From Gammaproteobacteria bacterium (lineage in GTDB: Bacteria > Pseudomonadota > Gammaproteobacteria > Pseudomonadales > JADFDG01): a stretch of 64,000 bases of DNA. The notes beneath the pieces were generated by a model. That model was not told the DNA's origin and searched no databases. It was given only the letters and a program-made list of their open reading frames with translations. This document shows, in pieces, positions 1 to 11,695 of the stretch. Every line of letters starts with the position of its first letter. Positions within the stretch are counted from its first letter, which is position 1. Both the position numbers and the translations under genes were made by a program. The DNA lies in the NCBI GenBank assembly GCA_018262975.1, contig JADFDG010000008.1, positions 24,986 through 88,985 of the forward strand, written 5' to 3'.

Positions 1-1
1 G

Positions 2-370
2 ATCCTCATCGATGAGTTGCGCAAGGGCGACGCCGCCGACAAGCCCTACAAGATCGGCAAGCCGCTCACCGTGAAGGTCAAGCACTACCCGACCTTCCTG
101 CAGGGCAAGGTCACCCGCCACCTGTGCGACAGCACGCTGGCCTGCCTGAAGCTGCGCGCAAAGCTGATCGACGACTACACCGCGTACAACAAGGCGCTGC
201 GGCAGAAGAACCAGGCGACCGCCTGCCTCATCTACCTGGACCCCAACCGCTCCGGCGAGATCAGCATCGACCAGCTGTACGGCATGGACTGCACCGATGC
301 GAATGGCCGCAAGCTGCTGGAAGACTCCTCGCGCCGGCTGACCGAACTGGGCGGCCGCCTGTTCCGTTGA
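2..370 (+). CDS. C-terminal fragment of a protein cut by the left window edge; function not recognised
   Basis: Frame is open from position 2 (ILIDELRKGDAAD...) to TGA at 368-370. The TTG at 17 in the ORF track is only the first start-like codon. Codon usage is like the neighbours. Confidence 0.5.
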   Translation: MLIDELRKGDAADKPYKIGKPLTVKVKHYPTFLQGKVTRHLCDSTLACLKLRAKLIDDYTAYNKALRQKNQATACLIYLDPNRSGEISIDQLYGMDCTDANGRKLLEDSSRRLTELGGRLFR

Positions 371-432
371 CCGCCCCCGGACGGTCGGCTACCGTGGCCG
401 CCTGATCCGAACCACGCGCGGAGACGCCGGCC

Positions 433-699
433 ATGGCGCGCAAGAAAGCCGTCAATTTCGAGGAAGCGCTCGAGGAACTCGAGTCGCTGGTCGAGCAGAT
501 GGAAGACGGCGACCTCTCGCTGGAGGAGTCGCTGGCTGCCTTCGAAAAGGGCGTGCGCCTGGCACGTGAATGCCAGGAGGCCCTGAAGGCCGCCGAGCAG
601 CGCGTGCAGGTCCTGTTGCGCCAGGGCGGCGCCGAGGGCGACGAGCAGCTGGCCCCCTTCGCCGGCGAAGACGACGACGGCGAAGCCGGTCCGGCCTGA
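433..699 (+). CDS. xseB: Exodeoxyribonuclease VII small subunit
   Basis: 88 aa. [35 protein letters not shown] is the typical XseB helical hairpin. Conserved xseB-ispA-dxs order. Confidence 0.9.
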   Translation: MARKKAVNFEEALEELESLVEQMEDGDLSLEESLAAFEKGVRLARECQEALKAAEQRVQVLLRQGGAEGDEQLAPFAGEDDDGEAGPA

Positions 700-701
700 C
701 C

Positions 702-1601
702 GTGACAGACTCCTCGCCTGATATCGCGGCAGTGTTCCGCGACGCCCAGCAGCGCGTTGAGGCAGCCATGGACCACTGGCTGCCGGCGCGGCCGGGCTGC
801 CGGCTGACCGAGGCCATGCGTTATGCGCTGTTCAACGGCGGCAAGCGCTTCCGCCCGGTGCTGGTGTACGCCACCGCCGAGGCACTCGGGGCGGTGCCGG
901 CGCACGCCGATGCCGCCGCCTGCGCGGTGGAGATCATCCACTCCTACTCGCTGGTGCACGACGACCTGCCGGCCATGGACGACGACGACCTGCGCCGCGG
1001 CAAGCCCACCACCCACCGCGCCTTTGACGAAGCCACCGCGATCCTCGCCGGCGATGCCCTGCAGACGCTGGCCTTCCGCGTACTGGCCACCTGCCCGCAA
1101 TTGCCGGTAGGGGCCGGGGAACGCCTGGACATGATCGCCCTGCTGGCCGACGCCAGCGGCACCGACGGCATGGCCGCCGGGCAGATGCGCGATATCGAGG
1201 CCGAGGGCCGGCGGGTGGAACTGGCGGCCCTGGAACAGATCCACCGCCTCAAGACCGGGCGGCTGATCGCCGCCAGCGTCAGCCTGGGGGCGATGGCCGC
1301 GCGCTGCACCGACCCGGACACCCGCGAACGGCTCGATCGCTGGGCGGACCTGGTCGGGGTGGCCTTCCAGGTGCAGGACGACATCCTCGACGTGATCGGC
1401 GACGAAGCGGCACTGGGCAAGCGCAAGGGCGCCGACGCCGCCCTCGACAAGAGCACTTACCCGGCGCTGCTCGGGCTGGACGGCGCCCGCGCCAAGGCCG
1501 GACAGTTGCGCCGGCAGGCCCATGACGCACTGGACGGCCTGACCGGCGACGTCCGCGTGCTCAGGGCCCTCACCGACTTCGTCGTCGACCGCCAGGCCTG
1601 A
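702..1601 (+). CDS. ispA: Farnesyl diphosphate synthase (polyprenyl synthetase)
   Basis: Both aspartate-rich motifs are present (LVHDDLPAMDDDDLRRG and FQVQDDILD). I chose the GTG at 702, directly after the xseB stop; the longer 570 start overlaps xseB and is rejected. Confidence 0.88.
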   Translation: MTDSSPDIAAVFRDAQQRVEAAMDHWLPARPGCRLTEAMRYALFNGGKRFRPVLVYATAEALGAVPAHADAAACAVEIIHSYSLVHDDLPAMDDDDLRRGKPTTHRAFDEATAILAGDALQTLAFRVLATCPQLPVGAGERLDMIALLADASGTDGMAAGQMRDIEAEGRRVELAALEQIHRLKTGRLIAASVSLGAMAARCTDPDTRERLDRWADLVGVAFQVQDDILDVIGDEAALGKRKGADAALDKSTYPALLGLDGARAKAGQLRRQAHDALDGLTGDVRVLRALTDFVVDRQA

Positions 1602-1627
1602 AGACCCTGCAGGCGGAACGACCCCGC

Positions 1628-1633
1628 TATAAT
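1628..1633 (+). promoter_or_regulatory. Candidate -10 box (TATAAT) for dxs
   Basis: Perfect consensus hexamer 35 nt upstream of the dxs ATG, in the ispA-dxs spacer. Confidence 0.4.
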
Positions 1634-1668
1634 TCGCGCCCCGGCCCCTCCAGGACCTCTTCCGCCCC

Positions 1669-3555
1669 ATGGCGAAGACCTTTACCGAGATTCCCCGCGA
1701 ACGCCCCGCCACGCCGCTGCTCGACCGGGTGATTACCCCGGCCGACCTGCGCGCGCTGCCGCGCGAATCGCTGGGCGAACTGGCCGACGAACTGCGCGAG
1801 TTCCTGCTGTGGAGCGTCAGCCAGTCGGGCGGCCACTTCGGCGCCGGCCTCGGCGTGATCGAGCTGACCGTCGCGCTGCACTACCTTTACGACACGCCGC
1901 ACGACCGCCTGGTGTGGGACGTTGGCCACCAGACCTACCCGCACAAGATCCTCACCGGCCGCCGCGAACGCATGACCACCATGCGCAGCAAGGGCGGCCT
2001 GGCCGGTTTCCCCAAGCGCGACGAGTCGGAGTACGACACGTTCGGGGTCGGCCACTCCAGCACGTCGATCAGCGCGGCACTCGGCATGGCGCTGGGCGCG
2101 GCGATGAAGGCCGAGGAACGCCGCGTGGTCGCGGTGATCGGTGACGGCGCGATGACCGCCGGCATGGCCTTCGAGGCGATGCACCACGCGGCCGCCACGC
2201 GCGCCAACCTGCTGGTGATCCTCAACGACAACGACATGTCCATCTCGCACAGCGTGGGCGGCCTGTCGAACTACTTCGCGCGCATCTGGGCGAGCAAGAG
2301 CTACATCGCCCTGCGCGAGGGCGGCAAGAAGGCGCTGGCCAAGATGCCGGCAGCCTGGGACTTCATGCGCCGCACCGAGGAAGGCATGAAGGGCATGGTG
2401 TCGCCCGACACGCTGTTCGAGGCCATGGGCTTCAACTACATCGGGCCGATCGACGGCCACGACATGGACGAGCTGCTGCGCGTGCTGGCCAACATGCGCG
2501 ACCTCAAGGGTCCGCAGCTGCTGCACGTGTACACCACCAAGGGCAAGGGCTTCGCGCCTGCCGAAGCCGATCCGATCGGCTACCACGCGCTCACCAAGTT
2601 GGAGCCGGTGAAGACCGCGCCGGCAAAGCCGGCCGTGCAGAAGAAGAAATACCAGGACGTGTTCGGTGAATGGCTGTGCGACGTGGCGGAAGTCGACCGC
2701 CGCCTGGTCGGCATCACGCCGGCGATGTGCGAGGGCTCCGGCATGGTGGAGTTCCGCGCACGATTCCCGCATCGCTACCACGACGTCGCCATCGCCGAGC
2801 AGCACGCGGTGACGCTGGCGGCGGGCCTGGCCTGCGAACAGCAGAAGCCGGTGGTGGCGATCTATTCCACTTTCCTGCAACGCGCCTACGACCAGCTGGT
2901 GCACGACGTGGCGCTGCAGAACCTCGACGTGACGCTGGCACTGGACCGCGCCGGCCTGGTCGGCGAGGACGGCCCGACGCATTCCGGCGCCTTCGACATC
3001 GCCTACCTGCGCTCGGTGCCGAACATGGTGATTGCCGCGCCTTCCGACGAGAACGAGTGCCGGCAACTGCTGCATACCTGCTGGCTGCACGCCGGCCCGG
3101 CGGCGGTGCGTTACCCGCGCGGCACCGGACCGGGCACGCCACTGGCACGGCAACTCGTTGCGCTGCCGCTGGGCAAGGGCGTGGTGAAACGCCGCGGCGA
3201 ACGCGTGGCCATCCTCAACTTCGGCGCACTGCTGGGCGAGGCCGCGCGCGCCGCGGATGACGTGGACGCGACGCTCGCTGACATGCGCTTCGTGAAGCCA
3301 CTGGACGAAGCGCTGGTGCGCGAACTGGCCGCCGGCCACGCCCTGCTGGTGACCGTCGAGGACCACGCGGTGATGGGCGGCGCCGGCTCGGCGGTGAATG
3401 AATTCCTTGCCGCGCAGGGCATCGCCGTGCCGGTGCTGAACCTCGGCATCCCGGACCGTTTCATCGAGCACGCCACGCGTGCCGAGATGCTCGCCGAATG
3501 CGCGCTGGACGCCGCCGGCATCGCCGCGGCCATCCGCGCGCGCACCGCACACTGA
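1669..3555 (+). CDS. dxs: 1-deoxy-D-xylulose-5-phosphate synthase
   Basis: 628 aa. [19 protein letters not shown], the TPP-binding [13 protein letters not shown] motif, and the transketolase-like C-terminus. Confidence 0.97.
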   Translation: MAKTFTEIPRERPATPLLDRVITPADLRALPRESLGELADELREFLLWSVSQSGGHFGAGLGVIELTVALHYLYDTPHDRLVWDVGHQTYPHKILTGRRERMTTMRSKGGLAGFPKRDESEYDTFGVGHSSTSISAALGMALGAAMKAEERRVVAVIGDGAMTAGMAFEAMHHAAATRANLLVILNDNDMSISHSVGGLSNYFARIWASKSYIALREGGKKALAKMPAAWDFMRRTEEGMKGMVSPDTLFEAMGFNYIGPIDGHDMDELLRVLANMRDLKGPQLLHVYTTKGKGFAPAEADPIGYHALTKLEPVKTAPAKPAVQKKKYQDVFGEWLCDVAEVDRRLVGITPAMCEGSGMVEFRARFPHRYHDVAIAEQHAVTLAAGLACEQQKPVVAIYSTFLQRAYDQLVHDVALQNLDVTLALDRAGLVGEDGPTHSGAFDIAYLRSVPNMVIAAPSDENECRQLLHTCWLHAGPAAVRYPRGTGPGTPLARQLVALPLGKGVVKRRGERVAILNFGALLGEAARAADDVDATLADMRFVKPLDEALVRELAAGHALLVTVEDHAVMGGAGSAVNEFLAAQGIAVPVLNLGIPDRFIEHATRAEMLAECALDAAGIAAAIRARTAH

Positions 3556-3568
3556 GGGAGCGACTTCC

Positions 3569-4858
3569 GTGGACCTGCTGCTGCTGTTCCTGCTGATCGT
3601 GCTCAACGGCGTGTTTGCCATGAGCGAGATCGCCATCGTCTCCTCGCGCAAGGCGCGCCTGCAACGCATGGCCGACGAGGACCATCCTGGCGCGGAAGCC
3701 GCGCTGGCGCTGCAGGAAAGTCCCACCCGCTTCCTGTCCACCATCCAGGTCGGCATCACCACCATCGGCATCCTCGCCGGCACCATCGGCGACGACGCAC
3801 TGGTGCAGCCGCTGTCGGCCTGGCTGCTCACCGTGCCGTCACTGGCGCCCTGGCACGAGGGCATCGCCCTGACCGTGGTGGTAATGGGGCTGACCTACTT
3901 TTCCGTGGTGGTCGGCGAACTGGTGCCCAAGCGACTGGCGCTGCTGGCACCGGAACGGGTGGCCGGCATCGTCGCCGCGCCGATGAACGTGCTGGCACGC
4001 GCGGCCTCGCCGGTGGTGACGCTGCTGTCGGTGTCCGGCGACCTGCTGCTGCGCCTGCTGAACGCCCGCGCCAAGGACGAGCCGCCGGTCACCAACGAGG
4101 AGATCAAGGTGCTGATGGAACAGGGCGCCGAGGCCGGCGTGTTCCATGCCGCCGAACGCCAGCTGGTAGCCAACGTGCTGCACCTGGACGACCAGACGGT
4201 GCTGGCCATCATGACGCCCCGCCAGGACATCGACGCGCTGGACCTGTCCGAAGGCGAGGATGCGCTGCGCGCGGCTATCGTCACCAGCCAGCACAGCCGC
4301 TTCGTGGTGTACCGCGAAGATTTCAGCAACATCGCCGGCATCCTGCACGCCAGCGACCTGCTGCGCCGGCTGCTGTCGGGCGAATCACCCGCGATCGGCG
4401 AGGCGGTGCGCCCGGCGCACTACGTGCCGGACACCATCACGCTGTCGCAACTGCTGGAAAACATGCGCCGCGCGCGCACCACCATCGCGCTGGTGGTGGA
4501 CGAATACGGCGACCTGCTGGGCATGGTGACGCTCAAGGACGTGATCGATGCGATCGTCGGCAACCTCGCCTTCAACGAGGGCGGCAACGACAACGAAGTG
4601 ATCGCACGCGACGACGGCTCCTGGCTGGTGGACGGCTCGGTGAGCATCGAACGCCTCAAGCAGGTGCTGGAAACCTCGTCGCTGCCCGGCGAGGAAGACG
4701 GCTACTTCCACACCGCCGCCGGATTCGTGCTGCACATGCTGGGGCACATCCCCAAGCCGGCCGAACACTTCGTGGCCGACGGCTACCGCTTCGAGGTGGT
4801 GGACATGGACGGCCACCGCATCGACAAGCTGCTGATTGCGGCGGTCGACGAAGAGTGA
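3569..4858 (+). CDS. HlyC/CorC-family membrane protein (DUF21 - CBS pair - CorC_HlyC)
   Basis: N-terminal TM region LLLLFLLIVLNGVFAMSEIAIVSSR (DUF21), CBS region, and a C-terminal transporter-associated domain. GTG at 3569 chosen; the upstream part of the ORF overlaps the dxs end. Confidence 0.85.
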   Translation: MDLLLLFLLIVLNGVFAMSEIAIVSSRKARLQRMADEDHPGAEAALALQESPTRFLSTIQVGITTIGILAGTIGDDALVQPLSAWLLTVPSLAPWHEGIALTVVVMGLTYFSVVVGELVPKRLALLAPERVAGIVAAPMNVLARAASPVVTLLSVSGDLLLRLLNARAKDEPPVTNEEIKVLMEQGAEAGVFHAAERQLVANVLHLDDQTVLAIMTPRQDIDALDLSEGEDALRAAIVTSQHSRFVVYREDFSNIAGILHASDLLRRLLSGESPAIGEAVRPAHYVPDTITLSQLLENMRRARTTIALVVDEYGDLLGMVTLKDVIDAIVGNLAFNEGGNDNEVIARDDGSWLVDGSVSIERLKQVLETSSLPGEEDGYFHTAAGFVLHMLGHIPKPAEHFVADGYRFEVVDMDGHRIDKLLIAAVDEE

Positions 4859-4865
4859 CCGCCTT

Positions 4866-5465
4866 TCAGCGGATGAGGTGCCCGAGCTTGCCCTTCTTCA
4901 CCGCCAGGTAATGCTCGTTGTGGGGATTCATCCCCACCTCGTGGGCGATGCGCTCCACCACCGTGTAGCCGAGCACCTCGAGCGCCTTCACCTTGCGCGG
5001 GTTGTTGGTCATCAACCGCAGTTTTTTCACGCCGGCATGATCGAGCATCACCCGGCAGATGCCGTAATCGCGCAGGTCGGCGTCGAAGCCGAGGTGCACG
5101 TTGGCCTCGACGGTGTCCTTGCCCTCGTCCTGCAACTTGTAGGCGCGGATCTTGTTGGTCAGGCCGATGCCGCGGCCTTCCTGGCGCAGGTAGAGGATGA
5201 TGCCGCGGCCTTCCTTGCCGATGCGCTCCATGGCGGCTTCCAGTTGAGGGCCACAGTCGCAGCGCAGGCTGAACAGCGCGTCGCCGGTCAGGCACTCGGA
5301 GTGGATGCGCACCAGCACCGGCTCGCCGCCGGTGGCGGCGTCGGAGACGTCGCCGAGCGTGAGCATGACGTGTTCCTTGCCCGTGGCGTCTTCTTCGAAG
5401 CCATGGAGCTCGAAAACGCCGAACGGGGTCGGCAGGCGGGCGGTTTCAACGTAGCGAAGGGTCAC
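4866..5465 (-). CDS. ribA: GTP cyclohydrolase II (stand-alone, catalytic motifs intact)
   Basis: 199 aa. [23 protein letters not shown] carries the zinc cysteines; [14 protein letters not shown] follows. Confidence 0.93.
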   Translation of the reverse strand: MTLRYVETARLPTPFGVFELHGFEEDATGKEHVMLTLGDVSDAATGGEPVLVRIHSECLTGDALFSLRCDCGPQLEAAMERIGKEGRGIILYLRQEGRGIGLTNKIRAYKLQDEGKDTVEANVHLGFDADLRDYGICRVMLDHAGVKKLRLMTNNPRKVKALEVLGYTVVERIAHEVGMNPHNEHYLAVKKGKLGHLIR

Positions 5466-5559
5466 CGAGGGACAACCGGCCAGGCTTTAAGGGGCTGCGA
5501 TTGTAGCAGGGGGCGACGGCAGGGGAACTCGGGAAAACCGGCGGGATGCCCCGCGCCGC

Positions 5560-6096
5560 TCAGGCCAGCCAGGCGGCCGGCGCGAACCAGCCCGGCCAGA
5601 GCTGCTGCAGGATCACCAGCCACAGCGCCGCATACACCGCCGCCAGCAGGTCGTCGGCCATGATCCCGAAGCCGCCATGCACGTGGCGATCCAGCCAGCG
5701 GATCGGCCAGGGCTTGAGGATGTCGAACAGGCGGAACAACACAAAACCGGCCACCACGTTGGCCAGCGTCGGCGCGGCCACCACCATGGTCAGCAACAGG
5801 CCGGCGACCTCGTCCCAGACGATGCCGTTGTGGTCATGCACGCCCAGCTTGCGCGCCGACGCGCCGCAGGCCCACACGCCCACCACGATGGACGCCAGCA
5901 CCACCGCCAGGTAAGCGGGGAACGACAGCGTGAAGGCCAGCAGCAGGTACAGCGGCACCGCCGCCAGCGTGCCGAACGTGCCCGGCGCCTTCGGTGCCAG
6001 GCCGCTGCCGAAACCGAAGGCAATGAAGTGCGCCGGATCACGCAGGTCCACCGACACTTTCACCCGTTTCTCTTCCGGCACCAGGCTCACGTGCAT
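5560..6096 (-). CDS. pgpA: Phosphatidylglycerophosphatase A
   Basis: FGFGSGLAPKAPGTFGTLAAVP and the WDEVAG motif. ATG at 6096 overlaps the thiL stop (ATGA). Conserved thiL-pgpA order. Confidence 0.85.
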   Translation of the reverse strand: MHVSLVPEEKRVKVSVDLRDPAHFIAFGFGSGLAPKAPGTFGTLAAVPLYLLLAFTLSFPAYLAVVLASIVVGVWACGASARKLGVHDHNGIVWDEVAGLLLTMVVAAPTLANVVAGFVLFRLFDILKPWPIRWLDRHVHGGFGIMADDLLAAVYAALWLVILQQLWPGWFAPAAWLA

Positions 6097-7079
6097 CACT
6101 CCTCGTTGGCGAAATGGTCCCAGCCGCGGCGGCGCGGCTGCCACTCGCAGCCGTCCGTGCCCAGGCAGCGGATGCGACCATCATCGGTAATGCGGCCGAT
6201 CACCGCCACCGGCACCTGCGCGCTGGCAGCGGCAACGCGCAGCGCCGCCAGCGCCTGCACCGGCACGGTGAAACACAGTTCGTAATCGTCGCCGCCGGCG
6301 AGCTGGTGTTCCAGCGCCGCCTCGTCGCTGAGCGCTGCCAGCGAGGGCGAACGCGGCAACGCCGCCAGCTGCAACTCGGCACCCAGCGACAGGCCGGTCG
6401 CGCGCGACGATTCCGCGACGATATGCGCCAGGTCGCCGAGCAGGCCGTCGGACACGTCGATGCAGGCCGTCGCCACGCCACGCAATTCAACGCCCAGCGC
6501 CAGGCGCGGCACCGGCCGCAGCAGGCGCAGGATGGCCGGATCATGGCGATCGTGGTTGCCGGCCAGCCAGCGCTCGAGACCGAGCGCGGCATCGCCGGGC
6601 GTACCACTGACGCACACCAGGTCTCCGGCACGCGCGCCGGCGCGCCGCAGCGCTTCACCCGCGGGCACTTCGCCGAACACGGTCACGGTGATCGACAGCG
6701 GCCCGGACGTGGTGTCGCCGCCCACCAGCGGGCAATGCGCGGCGTCGGCCAGCGCGAGAAAGCCCTCGGCAAAGGTCGCCACCCAGGCGTCGTCCACCAG
6801 CGGCAGCGTCAGCGCCAGCACGCAGCCGCGCGGCGTGGCGCCCATGGCGGCGAGGTCGGAGAGATTGACGGCGAGCGCCTTCCAGCCAAGATCGGCCGGA
6901 GGCGTATCGCGCGGAAAGTGCACGCCTTCGACCAGCGTGTCGGTGCTGATCGCCAGCTGCATGCCCGGCGTGGGCGCGAGCAACGCGCAGTCATCGCCAC
7001 CGGCCAGCACCACGCCCGGCGCCCGCGCATCCTGCGCGCGGCGGAAGTGGCGGGCGATGAGGTCGAATTCGCCGGTCAT
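6096..7079 (-). CDS. thiL: Thiamine-monophosphate kinase
   Basis: 327 aa. EFDLIARHF...GGDDCALL...STDTLVEGVHF is the AIR-synthase-like N-terminus. nusB-thiL-pgpA synteny. Confidence 0.9.
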   Translation of the reverse strand: MTGEFDLIARHFRRAQDARAPGVVLAGGDDCALLAPTPGMQLAISTDTLVEGVHFPRDTPPADLGWKALAVNLSDLAAMGATPRGCVLALTLPLVDDAWVATFAEGFLALADAAHCPLVGGDTTSGPLSITVTVFGEVPAGEALRRAGARAGDLVCVSGTPGDAALGLERWLAGNHDRHDPAILRLLRPVPRLALGVELRGVATACIDVSDGLLGDLAHIVAESSRATGLSLGAELQLAALPRSPSLAALSDEAALEHQLAGGDDYELCFTVPVQALAALRVAAASAQVPVAVIGRITDDGRIRCLGTDGCEWQPRRRGWDHFANEE

Positions 7080-7107
7080 TGACGGGGACCAGGGCTGGCG
7101 GGAGCAA

Positions 7108-7131
7108 TCGGGGGCATGGCCCCCGCGCTAC
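7108..7131 (-). repeat. REP unit (single): TCGGGGGCATGGCCCCCGCGCTAC
   Basis: Matches the 24-nt family consensus. Lies between the thiL start and the nusB stop; its CTA (7128-7130) is the nusB stop codon. Confidence 0.85.
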
Positions 7132-7613
7132 ATGCGGCCGGCGAATTCGGCGGCGCGCAGCTTGCGGGCCACCTTGTCGAGCACACCGTTGACGAACTTG
7201 TGGCTGTCGTCGGTGGCGCCGAATTCCTTGGCCAGTTCGATGCCCTCGTTGATGGCCACGCGCGGCGGCACGTCGACGCGGTGCATCAGCTCGAACACGG
7301 CGATGCGCAGGATGGCGCGCTCGATCGGATCGAGTTCGCGCACCGGGCGGTCGAGGTAGAGCGCGTAGCCGTCATCGAGCGCGGCAGCACGCGCGACCAC
7401 TTCGCGCAGCAACTCGTGGAAGTAGCCGACATCGGTCTTGCGCATGTCGTTCTCGACGCGATAGTAAGCCTCGATCTCGTGCGGCTCGCCGCCACCGACC
7501 TGCCAGCTGTAAAGCGCCTGCAACGCGAAGCGGCGCGCCTTGTGGCGCGCCGACGGCGTGGTCGGCCAGGAGGCCGCGGGTTCTTTTCCGGTTTCGCTCA
7601 CGTTGACGCTCAC
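7128..7613 (-). CDS. nusB: Transcription antitermination factor NusB
   Basis: [16 protein letters not shown]...[12 protein letters not shown]...FVNGVLDKV. The stop codon TAG (7128-7130) lies inside a REP unit. Confidence 0.92.
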   Translation of the reverse strand: MSVNVSETGKEPAASWPTTPSARHKARRFALQALYSWQVGGGEPHEIEAYYRVENDMRKTDVGYFHELLREVVARAAALDDGYALYLDRPVRELDPIERAILRIAVFELMHRVDVPPRVAINEGIELAKEFGATDDSHKFVNGVLDKVARKLRAAEFAGRM

Positions 7614-8083
7614 GAGATCTGCTTGAGCAGGCTGACCATCTCGATGGCGCCGGCAGCCGCTTCGGCGCCCTTGTTGCCGGCCTTGGTGCCGGAGCGCTCG
7701 ATGGCCTGTTCGATGGAATCCACCGTCAGCACGCCGAAGATCACCGGCAGGTCGGCGTTCAGGCCGACCGAGGCCAGGCCCTTGGCCGCCTCGCCCGCCA
7801 CGTACTCGAAGTGGGCGGTGCCGCCGCGGATCACCGCACCGAGGGCCACCACGGCGTCGAATTTCTTCGTCGCGGCGACGCGCTTGACCGCCAGCGGCAG
7901 TTCCCAGGCGCCCGGCACGCGGTACACGGTGATGTCCTCGTCCTTGATGCCGTGGCGCTTGAGGGTATCGATGGCGCCGGCCAGCAGGCTCTCCACCACG
8001 AAGGCGTTGAAGCGGGCGACGACGAGCGCGTAACGGCCGGAACAGTTGCGGAAGTCGCCTTCAACGGTGCGGATGGCGGTCAT
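7610..8083 (-). CDS. ribH: 6,7-dimethyl-8-ribityllumazine synthase
   Basis: [23 protein letters not shown]...[10 protein letters not shown]...[12 protein letters not shown]. Start taken at MTAIRTVEG (8083), 4 nt after the ribBA stop. The long N-terminal ORF extension is rejected. Confidence 0.93.
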   Translation of the reverse strand: MTAIRTVEGDFRNCSGRYALVVARFNAFVVESLLAGAIDTLKRHGIKDEDITVYRVPGAWELPLAVKRVAATKKFDAVVALGAVIRGGTAHFEYVAGEAAKGLASVGLNADLPVIFGVLTVDSIEQAIERSGTKAGNKGAEAAAGAIEMVSLLKQIS

Positions 8084-8087
8084 GGAA

Positions 8088-9202
<1,115 letters not shown>

Positions 9203-9206
<4 letters not shown>

Positions 9207-9862
9207 TTCAGGAATCCGTGTTCGGCCAGCTTGGCCAGCGTGAGGCCACCGGCCTGCGGGTTCGCCGCCTGGTCGCCGAGCAGCAGGCGTTCCAGGTAGC
9301 GCGCGATGATGTCCACTTCGAGGTTCAGCTCGACGCCGGGTTTCCAGCGGTCGATGTTCGTTTCGGCGATGGTGTGCGGCACGATGTTCAGGTTGAACAC
9401 CGCACCCTCGACGGCGTTCACCGTCAGGCTGACGCCGTCGCAGCAGATGGAGCCCTTGTGGGCGATGTATTTCGCCAGCGCCGCCGGCGCCTCGATGCGG
9501 AACTGCACGGAGCGCGCGTCGGTGCTGCGCGACACCACGCGGCCCACGCCATCGACGTGGCCGCTGACCAGATGCCCGCCGAGGCGGGTGGTAGGCGTGA
9601 GCGCTTTCTCGAGGTTCACGCGATCACCGACCGCGAGCGAGCCGAGGGTGGTGCGCGCCAGCGTTTCGCCGGAGACGTCGGCGGTGAAGCCGTCGCCGGG
9701 CAGGGTGACGGCAGTCAGGCAGACGCCGTTCACCGCGATGGAGTCGCCCAGTTGCACGTCCGCCAGGCCCAGCTTGCCGGTACGGATGCGGAAGGTGCGG
9801 TCGCCGCCCCGGTTTTCGATGGCGGCAAGGGTGCCGACGGCCTGGATGATCCCGGTGAACAT
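9203..9862 (-). CDS. ribE: Riboflavin synthase (alpha chain)
   Basis: MFTGIIQAVGT...GDSIAVNGVCLT and the second-repeat motif GSICCDGVSLTV. Confidence 0.92.
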
Positions 9863-9873
9863 GGCGGATGGCG

Positions 9874-11019
9874 TTAAAGAGCGTGGCGGAAAAGGGCGAC
9901 CATTCTAATGTCAGGACCGACCCGGCGCACGTCCTGCAGGACCAGCGGGACCTTGCCGGCCATGTCGGCGATGGGAAGCTCCACCAGCGGGCGGGCCTCC
10001 GAACCCATCAGGACCGGCGCCGTGTACAGGACCAGTTCGTCGGCCAGCCCCGCCGCCACCACCGCCCCGGACAGCCGCGCACCGGCTTCCACCAGCAGTT
10101 CGTTGACCTCGCGCACCCCCAGTTCGGCCCACAGGGCGACCAGGTCGATGCCGCTGCCGGCGGCCGGCAACCCGATGACCTCGACGCCCCGGGCGCGCAG
10201 GCCCTCGGCCCTCTTGCCACCGGCCGGCGAGGCCAGCACGCGGTCCTCGGCGACCACCAGCACCTCGCCGCCGGGGCCGAACAGCGCGGCATCCGGCGTC
10301 ACGCGCAGCTCGCGGTCCACCAGCACGCGCAGCGGCTGGCGCACCCAGTCGTGGTCGTAGGTACCGTGCTCCCAGGTTTCCGGGCGCACGTTCATGGACG
10401 GGTTGTCGGCCAGCACCGTGCCGATGCCGGTGAGGATGGCGGCCGAGCGGGCGCGCAGGCGCTGCACGTCCTCGCGGGCCTCCGGGCCGGTGATCCACTT
10501 GCTCTCGCCGCTGGCCATGGCCGTGCGGCCATCGAGGCTGGCCCCGAGTTTCACGCGCACCCAGGGCCGGCCGCGGGTCATGCGGCTGATGAAACCGGGG
10601 TTCAGCGCGCGCGCCTCGCCTTCCAGCACGCCCACGTCCACGGCGATGCCGGCCGCACGCAGGCGGGCAATGCCGTTGCCGGCGACCTTGGGGTTGGGGT
10701 CCTGCATCGCCACCACCACGCGCGCCGGCTGCGCCGCGACCAGCGCATCGGCGCAGGGCCCGGTGCGACCGTGGTGACTGCAGGGCTCCAGGGTGACGTA
10801 GACGGTGGCGCCGCGCGCCTGCTCGCCGGCCTGGCGCAGCGCATGCACCTCGGCGTGCGGCTCGCCGGCGCGCAGGTGGAAGCCCTCGCCGACCACGGTG
10901 TCGCCCTGCACGACCACGCAGCCCACCCGCGGGTTGGGGTCGGTGGTGTACAGGCCGCGCGCCGCCAGTTGCAGGGCGCGAGACATGCAGGCGTGGTCCG
11001 CGGCAGAGATCGTCGTCAT
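9874..11019 (-). CDS. ribD: Bifunctional diaminohydroxyphosphoribosylaminopyrimidine deaminase / 5-amino-6-(5-phosphoribosylamino)uracil reductase
   Basis: Deaminase zinc motif HAEVHAL...PCSHHGRTGPC, followed by the reductase domain. Start at MTTISAADHACM (11019). Confidence 0.92.
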   Translation of the reverse strand: MTTISAADHACMSRALQLAARGLYTTDPNPRVGCVVVQGDTVVGEGFHLRAGEPHAEVHALRQAGEQARGATVYVTLEPCSHHGRTGPCADALVAAQPARVVVAMQDPNPKVAGNGIARLRAAGIAVDVGVLEGEARALNPGFISRMTRGRPWVRVKLGASLDGRTAMASGESKWITGPEAREDVQRLRARSAAILTGIGTVLADNPSMNVRPETWEHGTYDHDWVRQPLRVLVDRELRVTPDAALFGPGGEVLVVAEDRVLASPAGGKRAEGLRARGVEVIGLPAAGSGIDLVALWAELGVREVNELLVEAGARLSGAVVAAGLADELVLYTAPVLMGSEARPLVELPIADMAGKVPLVLQDVRRVGPDIRMVALFRHAL

Positions 11020-11062
11020 GCGGGCATTGTCGCGGGCATGGCCCGCTCGCCACAATGGGGCC

Positions 11063-11620
11063 ATGGAAACCCTCTATGCACTGCTCATCGGGATCGGCGT
11101 GGCCGCCGCCAGCGGCTTTCGCGTCTTCCTGCCGCTGTTCGGCCTGGCGCTGGCCGGCCGCTTCGGCGGCGTCACCGTCGGCGAGGATTTCGCCTGGCTG
11201 CTCAGCGACGGCGCCCTGGTGGCGCTGGGCACGGCGATGGTCGCGGAGATCGCCGGTTATTACCTGCCGCTGGTGGACCACATCCTCGACGCCTTCACCA
11301 CGCCGGCCGCCATCATGGCCGGCACGCTGGCGACGGCGGCGATGCTGGTCGGCATCGACGAGCCGGTATTGAAATGGGGCCTGGCGCTGATCGCCGGCGG
11401 CGGCGCGGCCGGCGTCGTGCAGGCGGGTTCGGTGGTCGCACGCGCAGCATCTACTGCCACGACCGGCGGGCTGGGCAACCCGGTGGTATCGACACTGGAG
11501 TGGATGGGGGCGCTGGTCACCACGCTGCTGGCCTTGCTGATGCCGGTGCTGGTGATCCTGCTGGTTGTGTGGCTGGCGTGGCGGCTGTGGCGCCGGCATA
11601 TGCGCCCACCCACACCCTGA
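11063..11620 (+). CDS. DUF4126-like small-residue-rich integral membrane protein
   Basis: 185 aa with about 5 hydrophobic Gly/Ala-rich segments (LLIGIGVAAASGFRVFLPLFGLALAG...). Divergent from ribD. ATG at 11063 chosen. Confidence 0.7.
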   Translation: METLYALLIGIGVAAASGFRVFLPLFGLALAGRFGGVTVGEDFAWLLSDGALVALGTAMVAEIAGYYLPLVDHILDAFTTPAAIMAGTLATAAMLVGIDEPVLKWGLALIAGGGAAGVVQAGSVVARAASTATTGGLGNPVVSTLEWMGALVTTLLALLMPVLVILLVVWLAWRLWRRHMRPPTP

Positions 11621-11695
11621 CCTCCCCTTTTGGGGGAAGGGACGCCGGCAGCCCGGCTGGTACGATGGCGCCACTTCCCTCCGGAGTTTCCCACG

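Noticed and set aside
1627-3864. 745-aa ORF antisense to dxs, and similar giant ORFs at 261-1712, 9868-12102, 9911-12391, 20643-23282, 31742-33256, 41955-43919 and 45929-48520.
   Set aside because: Long stop-free antisense frames are expected at about 68% GC. Their translations are Arg/Ala/Gly/Pro-rich low-complexity strings with no motifs. Each lies opposite a gene with an unmistakable housekeeping product.
9902-9907. A TAGAAT hexamer (minus strand) inside the last codons of ribD, considered as an internal promoter for ribE-ribBA-ribH-nusB.
   Set aside because: It lies within coding sequence (codons ATT AGA ATG), lacks the GCGC discriminator seen at the other sites, and the genes are tightly packed as one operon. 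It cannot be supported without start-site data.
11020-11062. An FMN (RFN) riboswitch expected in front of riboflavin genes.
   Set aside because: The only spacer upstream of ribD is 43 nt, and the ribD-ribE-ribBA-ribH junctions are 4-11 nt or overlapping. That is far too short for a riboswitch of about 140 nt, and no RFN-like conserved core was seen.
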